Source: Octopus sinensis (lineage: Eukaryota). From it: a DNA stretch of 51,452 nt. Shown here one piece after another: positions 10,896-22,239 of this stretch. Numbering within the stretch: the first letter of the stretch is position 1; each line of letters opens with the position of its first letter. Under the pieces are notes generated by a model. That model did no database searches. It saw only the letters and a program-made list of their open reading frames with translations, and was not told where the DNA came from. Where the stretch lies: assembly GCF_006345805.1 (NCBI RefSeq), contig NW_021834243.1:1-51452 (forward strand), given 5' to 3'. The translations under genes and the position numbers were made by a program.

Positions 10896-10981
10896 ATGAC
10901 TCTGCTGGCACCTTTCCCCAAACCAAGAGTCAACGGCGGAGCGTCTATGCAGTCGGTTCACCTTCCAGAAATAGCAGTCAG
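10896..10981 (+). CDS. Candidate first coding exon, MTLLAPFPKPRVNGGASMQSVHLPEIAV(R/S); product unknown
   Basis: ATG 80 nt after the X-box, in-frame TAG upstream (10872-10874), ends at consensus donor CAG|GTGAGT (10981/10982); no homology recognised. Confidence 0.45.
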
Positions 10982-11158
10982 GTGAGTCTACTATCTTTAG
11001 AAAAATGGTAGGTTACACTGGGACCAGAAGTTCCTGTCTTAGACGCCGTAACGTGTGCTGAAATATAAACGGAAACACCACGACTGAAACGGATAAACTG
11101 GTGTTGGCCCTTCCCTTACTTATCAACAACTAAAGTAATAATACCACTTCTCTCTCTC

Positions 11159-11200
<42 letters not shown>

Positions 11201-11356
11201 ACACACACACACACACACACATACATATACATATACATACACACATATATATATATAGTTCAGCAAAATTTAGATTCAGATGAATATGGTACTTAAGTTA
11301 AAGGCGCCAGAATTTTGTATGGTATTATCCATATAAATCAAATGGGGTGATTATAA

Positions 11357-11446
11357 TCAAAATAAGCAACAAGGATATCCAAGGTAGTGTAGTAGCATGA
11401 AACGATTGTACTACACTGCCTTGGATATCCTTGTTGCTCATTTTGA
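11357..11446. repeat. 38-bp inverted repeat with 14-nt loop
   Basis: tcaaaataagcaacaaggatatccaaggtagtgtagta / tactacactgccttggatatccttgttgctcattttga, two non-Watson-Crick positions. Confidence 0.9.
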
Positions 11447-11496
<50 letters not shown>

Positions 11497-11589
11497 CAGA
11501 ACAGTAAAAAGATATATTTTTCAACGCGTAAGTTCTGATAGAACAGAATATAGAGGATAAAATCCTGACAGAGCAGAAAAATTTGTCAG

Positions 11590-11663
11590 CAACCAGCCAT
11601 CAGAATCGAACTCACATCCCTTTAATTTCCGGTCTAAGTGCTCTACCATTAAGCTAAGCTGCA
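11590..11663 (-). pseudogene. tRNA-like (Phe-like) sequence with A and B boxes; pseudo-tRNA or SINE head
   Basis: Minus: tagcttaatggtagagc..ttagaccggaaattaaaggg..gagttcgattct; anticodon arm resembles tRNA-Phe ttagactgaagatctaaagg; acceptor stem does not pair. Confidence 0.5.
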
Positions 11664-11854
11664 ATTTTAGAACTTATAAACCCATCTAGAAAAGGTAGAT
11701 GTAATAGAATTTACGTCATATGTAAACAACCATAAATTTGAAAAATGTATCTTCCTACTTATACCACAATACATTTCAGCGCTTCAAAAACAACTTGTTT
11801 GTTTACATATGAAGTAGCATATATATATATATACTACATACACACACACACATG

Positions 11855-11903
<49 letters not shown>

Positions 11904-11926
11904 GTGTGTGTGTATGTATGTATATA

Positions 11927-11994
<68 letters not shown>

Positions 11995-12012
11995 CACACA
12001 CACACATATATA

Positions 12013-12610
12013 TATAACTAATGTAGGATAAAAATTTTTTCGGGAAAAATTTTTTATCAATGGCCAGCATAATCAAAAAATACCTTTAAAGGTTAAATTT
12101 ATAAAATAATTTACAAAATAAGGGCAAAAGAAAAATTCTAATGCCAAATATGCCGAAAAAAAGACAAAATTGTCCAATTACCATTTTAATTTATGCGTCT
12201 CGAAACAAACCCGAAAAAGATGTTATCCTACATTAGTTATAAATTTAATAGTGTTCACTTCCGGATTGTCTCACTTTGTGAAAGTTTCTAGTTCGAATCA
12301 CACGTGTCTCGAGATGCGCCGAAGATTTTCTATTTTGGATATATTTGGGGTACTTAGGTCTGCTCAGGACTTAGTGCTTGCTTTTTCCATGGGTATGAGT
12401 AAGTATTTCATTTATATCTCACGTATTTATCGCTGAAGAGGGGAAAATTCTTATGAATTAACCCCGAAATTGGGACCAATACGGTAATAACGGATTTTTT
12501 AGAAATTTCTATCGGTTTGTTTCGAGACGCATAAATTATAATGGTTATTGATAATTTTGTCTTTTTTCGGCATATTTGGCATTAGAATTTTTCTTTTGCC
12601 CTTATTTTGT

Positions 12611-12617
<7 letters not shown>
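12013..12617. mobile_element. (TA)n-embedded Penelope-like element with nested inverted repeats
   Basis: 19-bp perfect IR 12013-12031/12223-12241; ~105-bp IR 12106-12211/12514-12617; hammerhead inside. Confidence 0.65.
12427..12487 (+). ncRNA. Canonical type-I hammerhead ribozyme
   Basis: Stem I uuaucg/cgguaa; CUGAAGA 12433-39; stem II gggg/cccc with inner aauuc/gaauu; GAAA 12466-69; stem III auug/caau; AUA triplet, predicted cleavage after 12481. Confidence 0.8.
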
Positions 12618-12696
<79 letters not shown>

Positions 12697-12757
12697 TATA
12701 TACGTTTAAATATTTGTTGTGCAAGATTTTTTATGTGAAGTCGTGTGTTTGAAACAG

Positions 12758-12908
12758 ATATTGTTATATTTCGGAATGGTCATATTGCCAGTTTAGCCAA
12801 TAAAAACACACGCACTATATATTTGCACTGAAGCAAAATAACACCAAATATATAGTGCGTGTGTTTTTATTGGCTAAACTGGCAATATGACCATTCCGAA
12901 ATATAACA

Positions 12909-12912
<4 letters not shown>
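12758..12912. repeat. Perfect 68-bp inverted repeat with 19-nt loop
   Basis: Arms 12758-12825 and 12845-12912 are exact reverse complements. Confidence 0.95.
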
Positions 12913-12979
<67 letters not shown>

Positions 12980-12999
12980 GTATTGTATATGTATGTATG

Positions 13000-13430
13000 T
13001 ATCGGCAACCCCACCAAGCTGCTTGGTGAGGAGGGTGTTTATTGGACACCCTGAGGGATGAAAAACAAAACCTGTCAATAAATTAGTATAATGCGCGGGG
13101 GCAGAAATAATCGGACTGAATACCCGATTGCGCGGTTAAACCATTGGGAGTGAAGGACTCCTAGCCTTTGTTAGGGCAGCCTTCTAGGAGAAGGTAACTC
13201 AGGTAACTAGCATAACTCTGACATAAAACCTGCGGCTCAGTGGTTACCGATGATGTTGACTTGTTCTTCTTTTCGGATTATGGCTGCTGTTGCTTAGTGA
13301 GTGGGATTGACTCAGTGCACAGCCTTTCCTCACTTTAAAAAAAAATCTTCTTGCACAGGCATTGCACGATAACAACATTGATTAAGCTTCGTGCAATGGC
13401 CATACTCGATAACGAGGGGGCAGCCACCAC
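13000..13430 (+). mobile_element. Probable RTE-type LINE 5' UTR fragment
   Basis: ttagggcagccttctaggagaaggtaactc..gacataaaacc resembles RTE 5' regions (recognition only). Confidence 0.35.
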
Positions 13431-13436
13431 CATATG

Positions 13437-13470
<34 letters not shown>

Positions 13471-13577
13471 TGTATGTATGTATGTATATATATATATATT
13501 TAATTTTATTTGTTAGGGAATAAAAATTTCGGCATAACAGGGGTTCAAATTATTCTCAATGAGAAAATATATATTTT

Positions 13578-14062
<485 letters not shown>

Positions 14063-14158
14063 TAAAGGGCAAGTTTACGAAAAAAAAAACAAAACGAAGG
14101 CAGGTGGTGTACAAAACAAACAGATGTTATTAGTATAGCGCTCAGGAATAGAAAAAGT

Positions 14159-14194
14159 CTTTTACGTTTCGAGCCTACGCTCTTCTACAGAAAG
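14159..14194 (-). ncRNA. Minimal hammerhead-like motif (A6>U, extra A before stem II) in a Penelope-like remnant
   Basis: Minus: cuuu|CUGUAGA|a|gagc guag gcuc|GAAA cg U A|aaag; palindromic ACGU stem III. Confidence 0.6.
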
Positions 14195-15134
14195 GTACAC
14201 AGAAAAAACAAGGAGAGAAACAAGGAGAGAAAAAAATGTGTGTAGTGGCTAACGATCTATCATCGCGAATATATATATCTTTCTCTCTCTCTCTTTCTCC
14301 CTCTCTCTCACACACACATACACACACACTAATTCTCAGATGAAGAGCAATGCTCCGAAAAGTTAACTTCTTCACTGGCCACAGTATTTAAATTAAACAA
14401 ACTCTTACACGAAATCTCCCCTCCAACGGCAAGAGAGCCTCCAACAGTTGTAACCCTTTACTTTGCGCTATATTACATCTTTGTTTAAGGTATCACATTC
14501 TAGGGTTTCTCTGTGCTCAAGACATTTAACGTATATTCTATCCGTGGTCAGGACACTAAACTGTACTCAGGGTAGAAAAATATATGATTTCTGTGGTGAA
14601 GACATTGAACAGGATTTCGTGTCTTTGGTTAAGACACGAAGCTGGTCAAGATACTTGAATGTTAGGTTTCTGTGCTAAGAACACAAGGATGTGTCTATGG
14701 TCAAAACCTCGCTCCTTTGTTCTAAGACAGCATAAAAATATGGCTTCGACAGGAAACTACTTATTTGTATCAGGTGCAAAGATTAGTGTTTGGTACCAAA
14801 TTAAAGTCAATGAGGTAAATTACGACGTCAGTTAGCTTAGTGGACAAAAAACAACTGAATAATGGGGTTAATATAATGCTTAGGGGTAGATATAACCCCT
14901 GTAGTTTTGAGGAAACTGAAAATATTCAACGGCTGTAATTGTTTGGGTTGATGATGGTCAGAGCAGAAATTGGGTGGTGTCAAATGAAGATCTGAAATCG
15001 TATTGATTATTATTTTCTGTGAATAAGGATCTGCGTGTATGGATGCATCGGTAGAAAGCTTTTAAGGTCAGATTATCCCTATATGATTATGGTCGATATA
15101 AATGTTGGTAGTTTCGATGGCTGATTTTTCCAGT

Positions 15135-15232
15135 CACTCTCTTTTGTCGAACCGCTAATTTACGGAGACGTAGACATGCAGACATCGATTGTCAAAGCAA
15201 TGGTGGGGGCGGACAAACACACAAACGTATAT

Positions 15233-15294
<62 letters not shown>

Positions 15295-15500
15295 TATATA
15301 TATATATATATATATATAGATATATATATATAATATACGACTGTTTCTTTCAGTTTCCATCTACCAAATCCACTCATAAGGCTTTGGTCGGCCTGAGGCT
15401 GTAGTAGAAGACACTTTCTCAAGGTACCACGCAGTGGGACTGACCCGGAACCATGTGGTTGGTAAGCAAGCTTCTTACCACACAGCCACTCCTGCGCCTA
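15135..15500 (-). mobile_element. SINE-B, near full length
   Basis: Tail 15135-15225, microsatellite, head 15335-15500 ending cctgcgcc. Confidence 0.88.
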
Positions 15501-15513
15501 TATATATATATAG

Positions 15514-15584
<71 letters not shown>

Positions 15585-15929
15585 CATACATCATACATAC
15601 ATACACATATATTACATATATTTACATATATACATTATATACATATATAAATATACATATATGTATATACATACGTACATATATACACATATACATATAC
15701 ACACACATATACACATATACTGCTACATACTTTATGTATATCTATAATTATAAATGATATATAAATTATAAAAAACTTGATCATCAAAGATTTTAATCAA
15801 CTGAAATATAAAGGAAAAAATTAGATTAGGTTGCATGAAATGGTTTTATAATTTGTAGAAAGCGTTTTAACATTTTGTGATGTCAGATGGAAAAGAAGTG
15901 TAGCTTGCTTGAGGAATCGTGATATTAGG

Positions 15930-16225
15930 AGTAAATTAACAAAATAAAGTATGCGGAGAGCTTCTTAAAAAGCGAAAAAGGAATAAGTTTATAGCTTAAA
16001 AACACATTTCAGTCACAACAGAAATGTGTGTGTATACTGTCTATGGCCGGTAGAGTATAGACGACGCAGATTTCTTCTCCGTGTATTTCTGATGAAGGGC
16101 CTTTGTGCCTGAAATATAAATGTTATTAAGCTTTAAACCCTTTCTTTTTAGCATTCTAAGAAGCTCTCTAACTTTATTATTTGTTAGTTCGCTTCTGATA
16201 TCTGATGACTCAGAAACCGGTTAAA
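15930..16225. mobile_element. Diverged fold-back element with two hammerhead-core relics
   Basis: Arms ~15930-16030 and ~16085-16192; CTGATGA..GAAA at 16089-16114; CTGATGA-ctca-GAAACCGGT at 16202-16221. Confidence 0.55.
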
Positions 16226-16681
16226 CTCACTTGTGCAGAACAATTGCGGTTACATCAATGTGGATATCTCAAATTTGTTTCCATTACATTTCAATATTGA
16301 ACTTGCTTTTGAGTGGCAACATTTTAGCACAAAATTTAAAACCTTCTCCACAAGAAGTAATATACGACAGGCAGAAATTAACTTCTTGTCTCGCATAGAC
16401 ATCGTAAAAACAGACATGTTTACTCTAAGCTATGCACTTGTGCGCACGCACATATCTTTACATCCGGGATAGGCAAAACATGTGCACACTCAAGGTTTTT
16501 AAGGTTAAAGTGAAAGTTTTAATTGAAGAATTTTAAGCAGTTACTCGCATGAATGCACCCGTGCTTTGGGGAGGACAAAATTTGCACACGATGTAAATTA
16601 TTGCGGACACCCTCAACAAAAACTGTAATATACACACATACACATATACACAAACACACACACACATATCACATATATGTG

Positions 16682-16960
16682 TGGGGAGACGGTGCATGGC
16701 TAAGTGGTTAAGGTGTTGTACTCACGACCGCGAGTTCGTGGGTTCGATTACCAGACCAGACGTTGAGTTGTTTTCTTGTGCAAAGCACTTCATTTCAGGT
16801 TGCTCTGCAATCATTTCGACACCTGACATGTGGCACCCAGTTGCACCTGTACAGGTAATGTCGATCTGATGGAGAGAGTGAGCTTATGTCTACACAAAAC
16901 ATTCGATCACTATAAACAAATCATCTGTGTGGTTGTTCGGTAAAAGATCGTCGAACCCTC
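16682..16960 (+). mobile_element. Older tRNA-derived SINE (fourth family)
   Basis: A box tggctaagtggttaagg, B box ggttcgattacc, then ttcttgtgcaaagcacttcatttc core. Confidence 0.65.
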
Positions 16961-16982
16961 ATATGATGGGAGGAGACCAAGG

Positions 16983-17278
16983 CCTCTTTCATGGGGCCAA
17001 AGAGATTATAGTCCAGTGACGATGATAGTCCAGTGACGAGGAAGAGAAAACTGTAGTGAAGCAGTGGCTCAAAGAACAGTCAACAAAATTTTACGGGGCA
17101 GGGATCCATGCTCTCATTCGAAGGTGGAACATTGCTATTGAGAGAAAGGGTGGCTATGATGAGAAGTAGGGTTGTGATCCACAGAGGACCAGCTTCATTT
17201 TGATGTATGATACATGTTCCTGTTTTGGTAATTATACCTGTCCTAAACATAATGGCATTACTTTTTGACTCACCCTCG
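16983..17278. mobile_element. Truncated copy of the palindromic mariner element
   Basis: Ends ggcattactttttgactcaccctcg|TA; carries the same central junction as 23124-23673 in the opposite orientation. Confidence 0.85.
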
Positions 17279-17302
17279 TACATATACATATACATAAACG
17301 TG

Positions 17303-17681
17303 GCACTCCCTTGGTTACGATGACGAGGGTTCCAGTTGATCCAATCAACGGGACAACTTCCTCGTGAAATTAACGTGCAAGTGGCTTAGCACTCCACAGA
17401 CACGTGTACCCTTAATGTAGTTCTCGGGGAGATTCAGCGTGACACAGTGTGTGACAAGGCTGGACCCTTTGAAATACAGATACAACAGAAACAGAAAGAA
17501 AGAGTGAGAAAGTTGAGGTGAAATAATACAGCAGGGTTCGTTACCAAACCCTGCCGGAGCCTCATGGAGCTTTAAGTGTTTTCGTTCAATAAATACTCAT
17601 AGTGCCCGGTCTGGGAATCGAAACCGCGATCCTACGGCCGCAAGTCCGCTACCCTAACCACTAGGCCATTGCGCCTCCACA
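17303..17681 (-). mobile_element. SINE-C, full length
   Basis: Reverse complement of the copy at 48844-49228; head tgtggaggcgcaatggcctagtggttaggg. Confidence 0.9.
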
Positions 17682-18094
17682 ATGTACACATATATATATA
17701 TATATACATACATACATACATGCATAAATACACACATACATACATACATAAATACAGACATACATACATACATTCATACATACATACATACACACGGATA
17801 CACAAGTACAGACATATGCCATAATTTGCTGGACCACCAGTTCTGACGCTAGGGTAGTTGGGCGAGTAGTAACGGTCTCTTCAACGAGTTCCTGTCTTGT
17901 TCTTTTGCACTGGTGACCACCGTCGGTTCGCCATTGCAAAGTTTATTAAGGATGGCGAACCTGTTGGGGTTTTACTGCATCCTTTTACTACATTTATATA
18001 TACTCGTAAATATGCGTATATTTGGTCCATGTGTGTCTTTGTGTATGCATATGTGTGTATGTGTGTATTTGCGTGTATATATAAATATAAATGC

Positions 18095-18255
18095 TTGTGG
18101 TTGTGTAGTAAGAAGTTTGCTTCCTAACCACATGGTACCGGGTTCGGCCCCGCTGCGTGGCACCTTGAGCATGTGTCTTCTACTATAACCCGGGCCGACC
18201 AAAAGGCGTGTAAGTGGATTTGGTAGACGGAAACAGAAAGAAACCCGTCATACGA
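18095..18255 (+). mobile_element. SINE-B head only
   Basis: gtagtaagaagtttgcttcctaaccacatgg..ggtagacggaaacagaaagaaacccgtc. Confidence 0.85.
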
Positions 18256-18759
18256 GGAGTAGATAGCCAGCCAGTAACTGATGAAGGGTCATTCTTTTGG
18301 GTTACTTGTCCTGTTTTCAATTTTTTTTCTTTCGTTGTTTGCGTATACAACTCAATTGTTTTCGTAATTCATGTTGTTTACAGTTGGTGACATCCTGTAC
18401 CCATAAATGCCTATATAGACATATCATATATGTATATGTCGTATATTACATACATATACATACGTATATATATATATATATATATATACTATATAATATG
18501 TAGTCCCGGGTTGATCCGGGTTAACCACAGTAAGTAAGGTACTCAATACATAGCAGAGTAAACTTATTTATTATAGAAGGAGCTTCTACAGTACTAGTAC
18601 TGTTCATTCAAGAGAAATCTTCAGGAAGCTATTTAACAAGAATGTATTAGCATTTATACATTTAGCAGGTTTAAAGGAGTGGTGGTGGGACTTTTTATGG
18701 GGGAGGCATAGCGCAAAATGCATACTTGGGGGAGTGGTCAAGGTCAGTGGTAGTTAGAT

Positions 18760-18900
18760 GAAAAATAGATAAATAAAAAAATAAAAATAAAAAATAAAAA
18801 ATAAAATAAAAAATAAAAAATAAAATAAAAAATAAAATAAAATAAAAAATAAAAAAATAAAGAAATAAATAAAAATAAAAAAATAAAGAATAAAAAATAA
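18760..18900. repeat. (AAAAT/AAAAAT)n
   Basis: Direct reading. Confidence 0.9.
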
Positions 18901-19632
18901 ATGTGTGACATACATACATAAACACATATACATACACACACACTACGTACACATTTTGCCTATACATACCACACATACACACATACATACATATATATAT
19001 ATATAGATTATATATTAATATACACATCATACAGGCCCATTCCCTAATTTAATTTTTTTTATTTATCTTCATTTTTACTTTTTGTTATCTTAGATCGCTA
19101 GGCTAAGGATCCTGCGATGGCAGCATGTCCATTGTCTGTCTACTAGAAGGCAGTACTCGTTCCGCACGCACACTCAATGCAGTACTACACCCATTCGTCA
19201 CTCATACACATACACGTACGCACGCGTTTATATTCATACATCAAACATCTACATACGTTCACGTATATACACATACGTACTCGTACCTACAGATTCATTC
19301 TACACTTTGGAGGCCAGTCTATTATATACACCAATATATACATATATATATATATATATAATATATATATACAAATATAACACATACACATCACACACAC
19401 ACATATATATACTCCTACATACAGATACATACCCATATATATATAACATATATATATGTATATATATGTCATGTATGTATATGTATATATTATATATATA
19501 TACATACGTATATACATATATAATATACACATAAACTCACACACACACACACGTATATGTATATACTATATATACATACGTATATACAATATATATATCA
19601 CATAAACTCACACACACACACGTATATGTATA

Positions 19633-19707
<75 letters not shown>

Positions 19708-20156
19708 AGAAATTTTAGTTGAGATGATACTCCATGTATAGAACAACTGATTATTGCGCTCGTCTATAAGCTAAGGAGTAACAAAACTTTTTATAGAAGA
19801 TAAAAGCTTCGCTTGTCAGTAATTTACATCCAAATAAACGAAATCATGCTTCCAGTAATTTATAAGACAAAATTGGACGGGTACGTTGTTCCATTCATGT
19901 ATTTTTAGGATCAGTAAACACATGGATGTATCAGAATAATTCATATAATGAAATAATGAAATTTAAATGAACCCAGACGTTCTATTCGAGTACATGATGA
20001 TGATATAGAGGCATAAGAAACGTGCGTGCGTGTGTAGAGACATGTAATGGAGGGAGATAAAAATTGTAAAGTTCAGCAATACGTAATATCATGTAAAGTA
20101 AAAGTCAGTTGAAAACCTACGGCCGTTTCAGGAAATATTAAAGGGCTGTATATATA

Positions 20157-20164
<8 letters not shown>

Positions 20165-20187
<23 letters not shown>

Positions 20188-20400
20188 GTCTTTTTGTCTG
20201 TGTTTGTCCCTCTATCATCGCTTGACAACCGATGTTGGTGTGTTTACGTCCCCGAAACTTAGCAGTTCGGCAAAAGAGGCCGCTATAATAAGTACTACGC
20301 TTACAAAGAATAAGTCCTGGGATCGACTGCTTCGACTAAAGGCGGTGCTCCAGCAAGGCCGCGGTCAAATGAGTGAATCAAGTAAAAGAATAAAAGAATA
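20165..20400 (+). mobile_element. SINE-B 3' domain preceded by (TG)n
   Basis: tcgcttgacaaccgatgttggtgtgtttacgtcccc..gcggtcaaatgagtgaatcaagtaaaagaataaaaga. Confidence 0.85.
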
Positions 20401-21142
20401 TATACGTATGTCCGTATGTCCGTATGTATGTATATATGTATGGATGTATGGATGTATGGATGGATGGATGGATGAATGGATGGATGGATAGATGAATGGA
20501 TGTACGTGTATGTATATATATATATATATATATATATGGGTGGGGCGTGCGTGTGTGCGTATATACATCCGCACGCAAATAGACAGCTAATGAAGGAGAG
20601 GGGGAGAGAGAGAAAACAGGGTCAGCGAAGGATGTAAAGGATCAATGGAAAGAAGAGAAATGATAAGGAAATAAAAGGTGTGGGGGGGCGGTGGTTGACG
20701 GATTGGAAACTGGGGAGCGGGCAGAGGAGGAAAATTGGAATCCATTGAAGCGTGAAAACGAAAAGGATTCATGTTAACTGATCAGGGATTGTAGTTCTGC
20801 TGTGATACCCACGCATGCGTAGATACATGTATAAATTTGCATGCTATGCATGTGTATGTGTACACATACAAATATGCTTACGCATATATATATATATATA
20901 TGCATGCTCATACAATTATGCGTGTAAGTATGTATGTATATATATATATATATATCATGCACAAATATACATGTGCGTGTACGTACGCATGTTTATATGC
21001 ATGCATATACAAAAAATCATATACGTATACAAAACCACGCACATTACATATATATATATATATGTATGTATGCATTTACACATATACATGCCCATATATA
21101 TATATATACGTATACACACACAAGCACACACATATATATGTA

Positions 21143-21214
<72 letters not shown>

Positions 21215-21287
21215 TAGGTAGATAGATAGATAGATAGATAGATTGATATATATATATGGTGTGTTTGTGTGTTATATATATATAATA

Positions 21288-21320
<33 letters not shown>

Positions 21321-21339
21321 ATATGTGTTGTTGTGTGTG

Positions 21340-21375
<36 letters not shown>

Positions 21376-21619
21376 ATGTATGTATTTAAAACACGGTCAT
21401 TAAAATGCATTCAAACAACATACCTGAAATTTTGATGAGCTAAACAACAGCCAAAATCGGCCCCTTTCTGTAAGAAACTACTTCTCTCTAACAGCAAACC
21501 CCCTCAGTATTACGATATGCACAAAATTTTCAAGTAAATCTGGGAAAATACTTTCTAGAGCAAAGCTTTTCAATAATATGATTTTTCCCTCACTCTCTTT
21601 CCTTTCTCTGCTTGTGTGA

Positions 21620-21770
21620 GAGTGTCCTGTGTGTAGAGATCCCATCACTTTCAAAGGAAACCTGGACAAATTTCTTCCAAGATAGTCACCTCTACCTGAT
21701 CACATCTCAGTCAACAACAATTTCCAACTTGAATGGTCCATGGCACCACAAAACTTGCATTTAAAATGAC
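21620..21770 (+). mobile_element. Probable CR1/L2-type LINE 3' end
   Basis: Encodes PITFKGNLDKFL, resembling the FKxxLDxFL C-terminal motif of CR1-group ORF2. Confidence 0.45.
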
Positions 21771-22239
21771 TTAGTGTATATATATAGTAAATCCTACCCC
21801 ACAAAAAAGAAGAAAAAACACAAAAGACACAAGAACGTGAGGATCAGCAGGCGATTAGGGAAGGAAAGAAAAATGGTTTAACGTTTCGAGCAATGCTCCT
21901 CTTCTTCATAAACAGAGGTAAGTTCAATAGAAAGGAAGACGAAGGAAGAAAATCACCAACGATTCATATACATATATATATATATATATATAATAATATA
22001 TATATATATATAGTCTGTATGTATGTGTGTGTCTGTACATATATATATGTATGCATGTATGTATGTCTGTACATGTGTATGTGTGTATGTGTGTGTGTAT
22101 ACACACACGCACACACACAAACACACATACACATGTACATACATACATACATACATACATACATACATACATACATACATACATCTATATATGTACAGAC
22201 ACACACATACAGACAGACAGACATTGGATTTATGTACGA

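Noticed and set aside
10893-10935. CTGATGA as a hammerhead core
   Set aside because: A stem can form but no GAAA or NUH follows; it overlaps the candidate start codon
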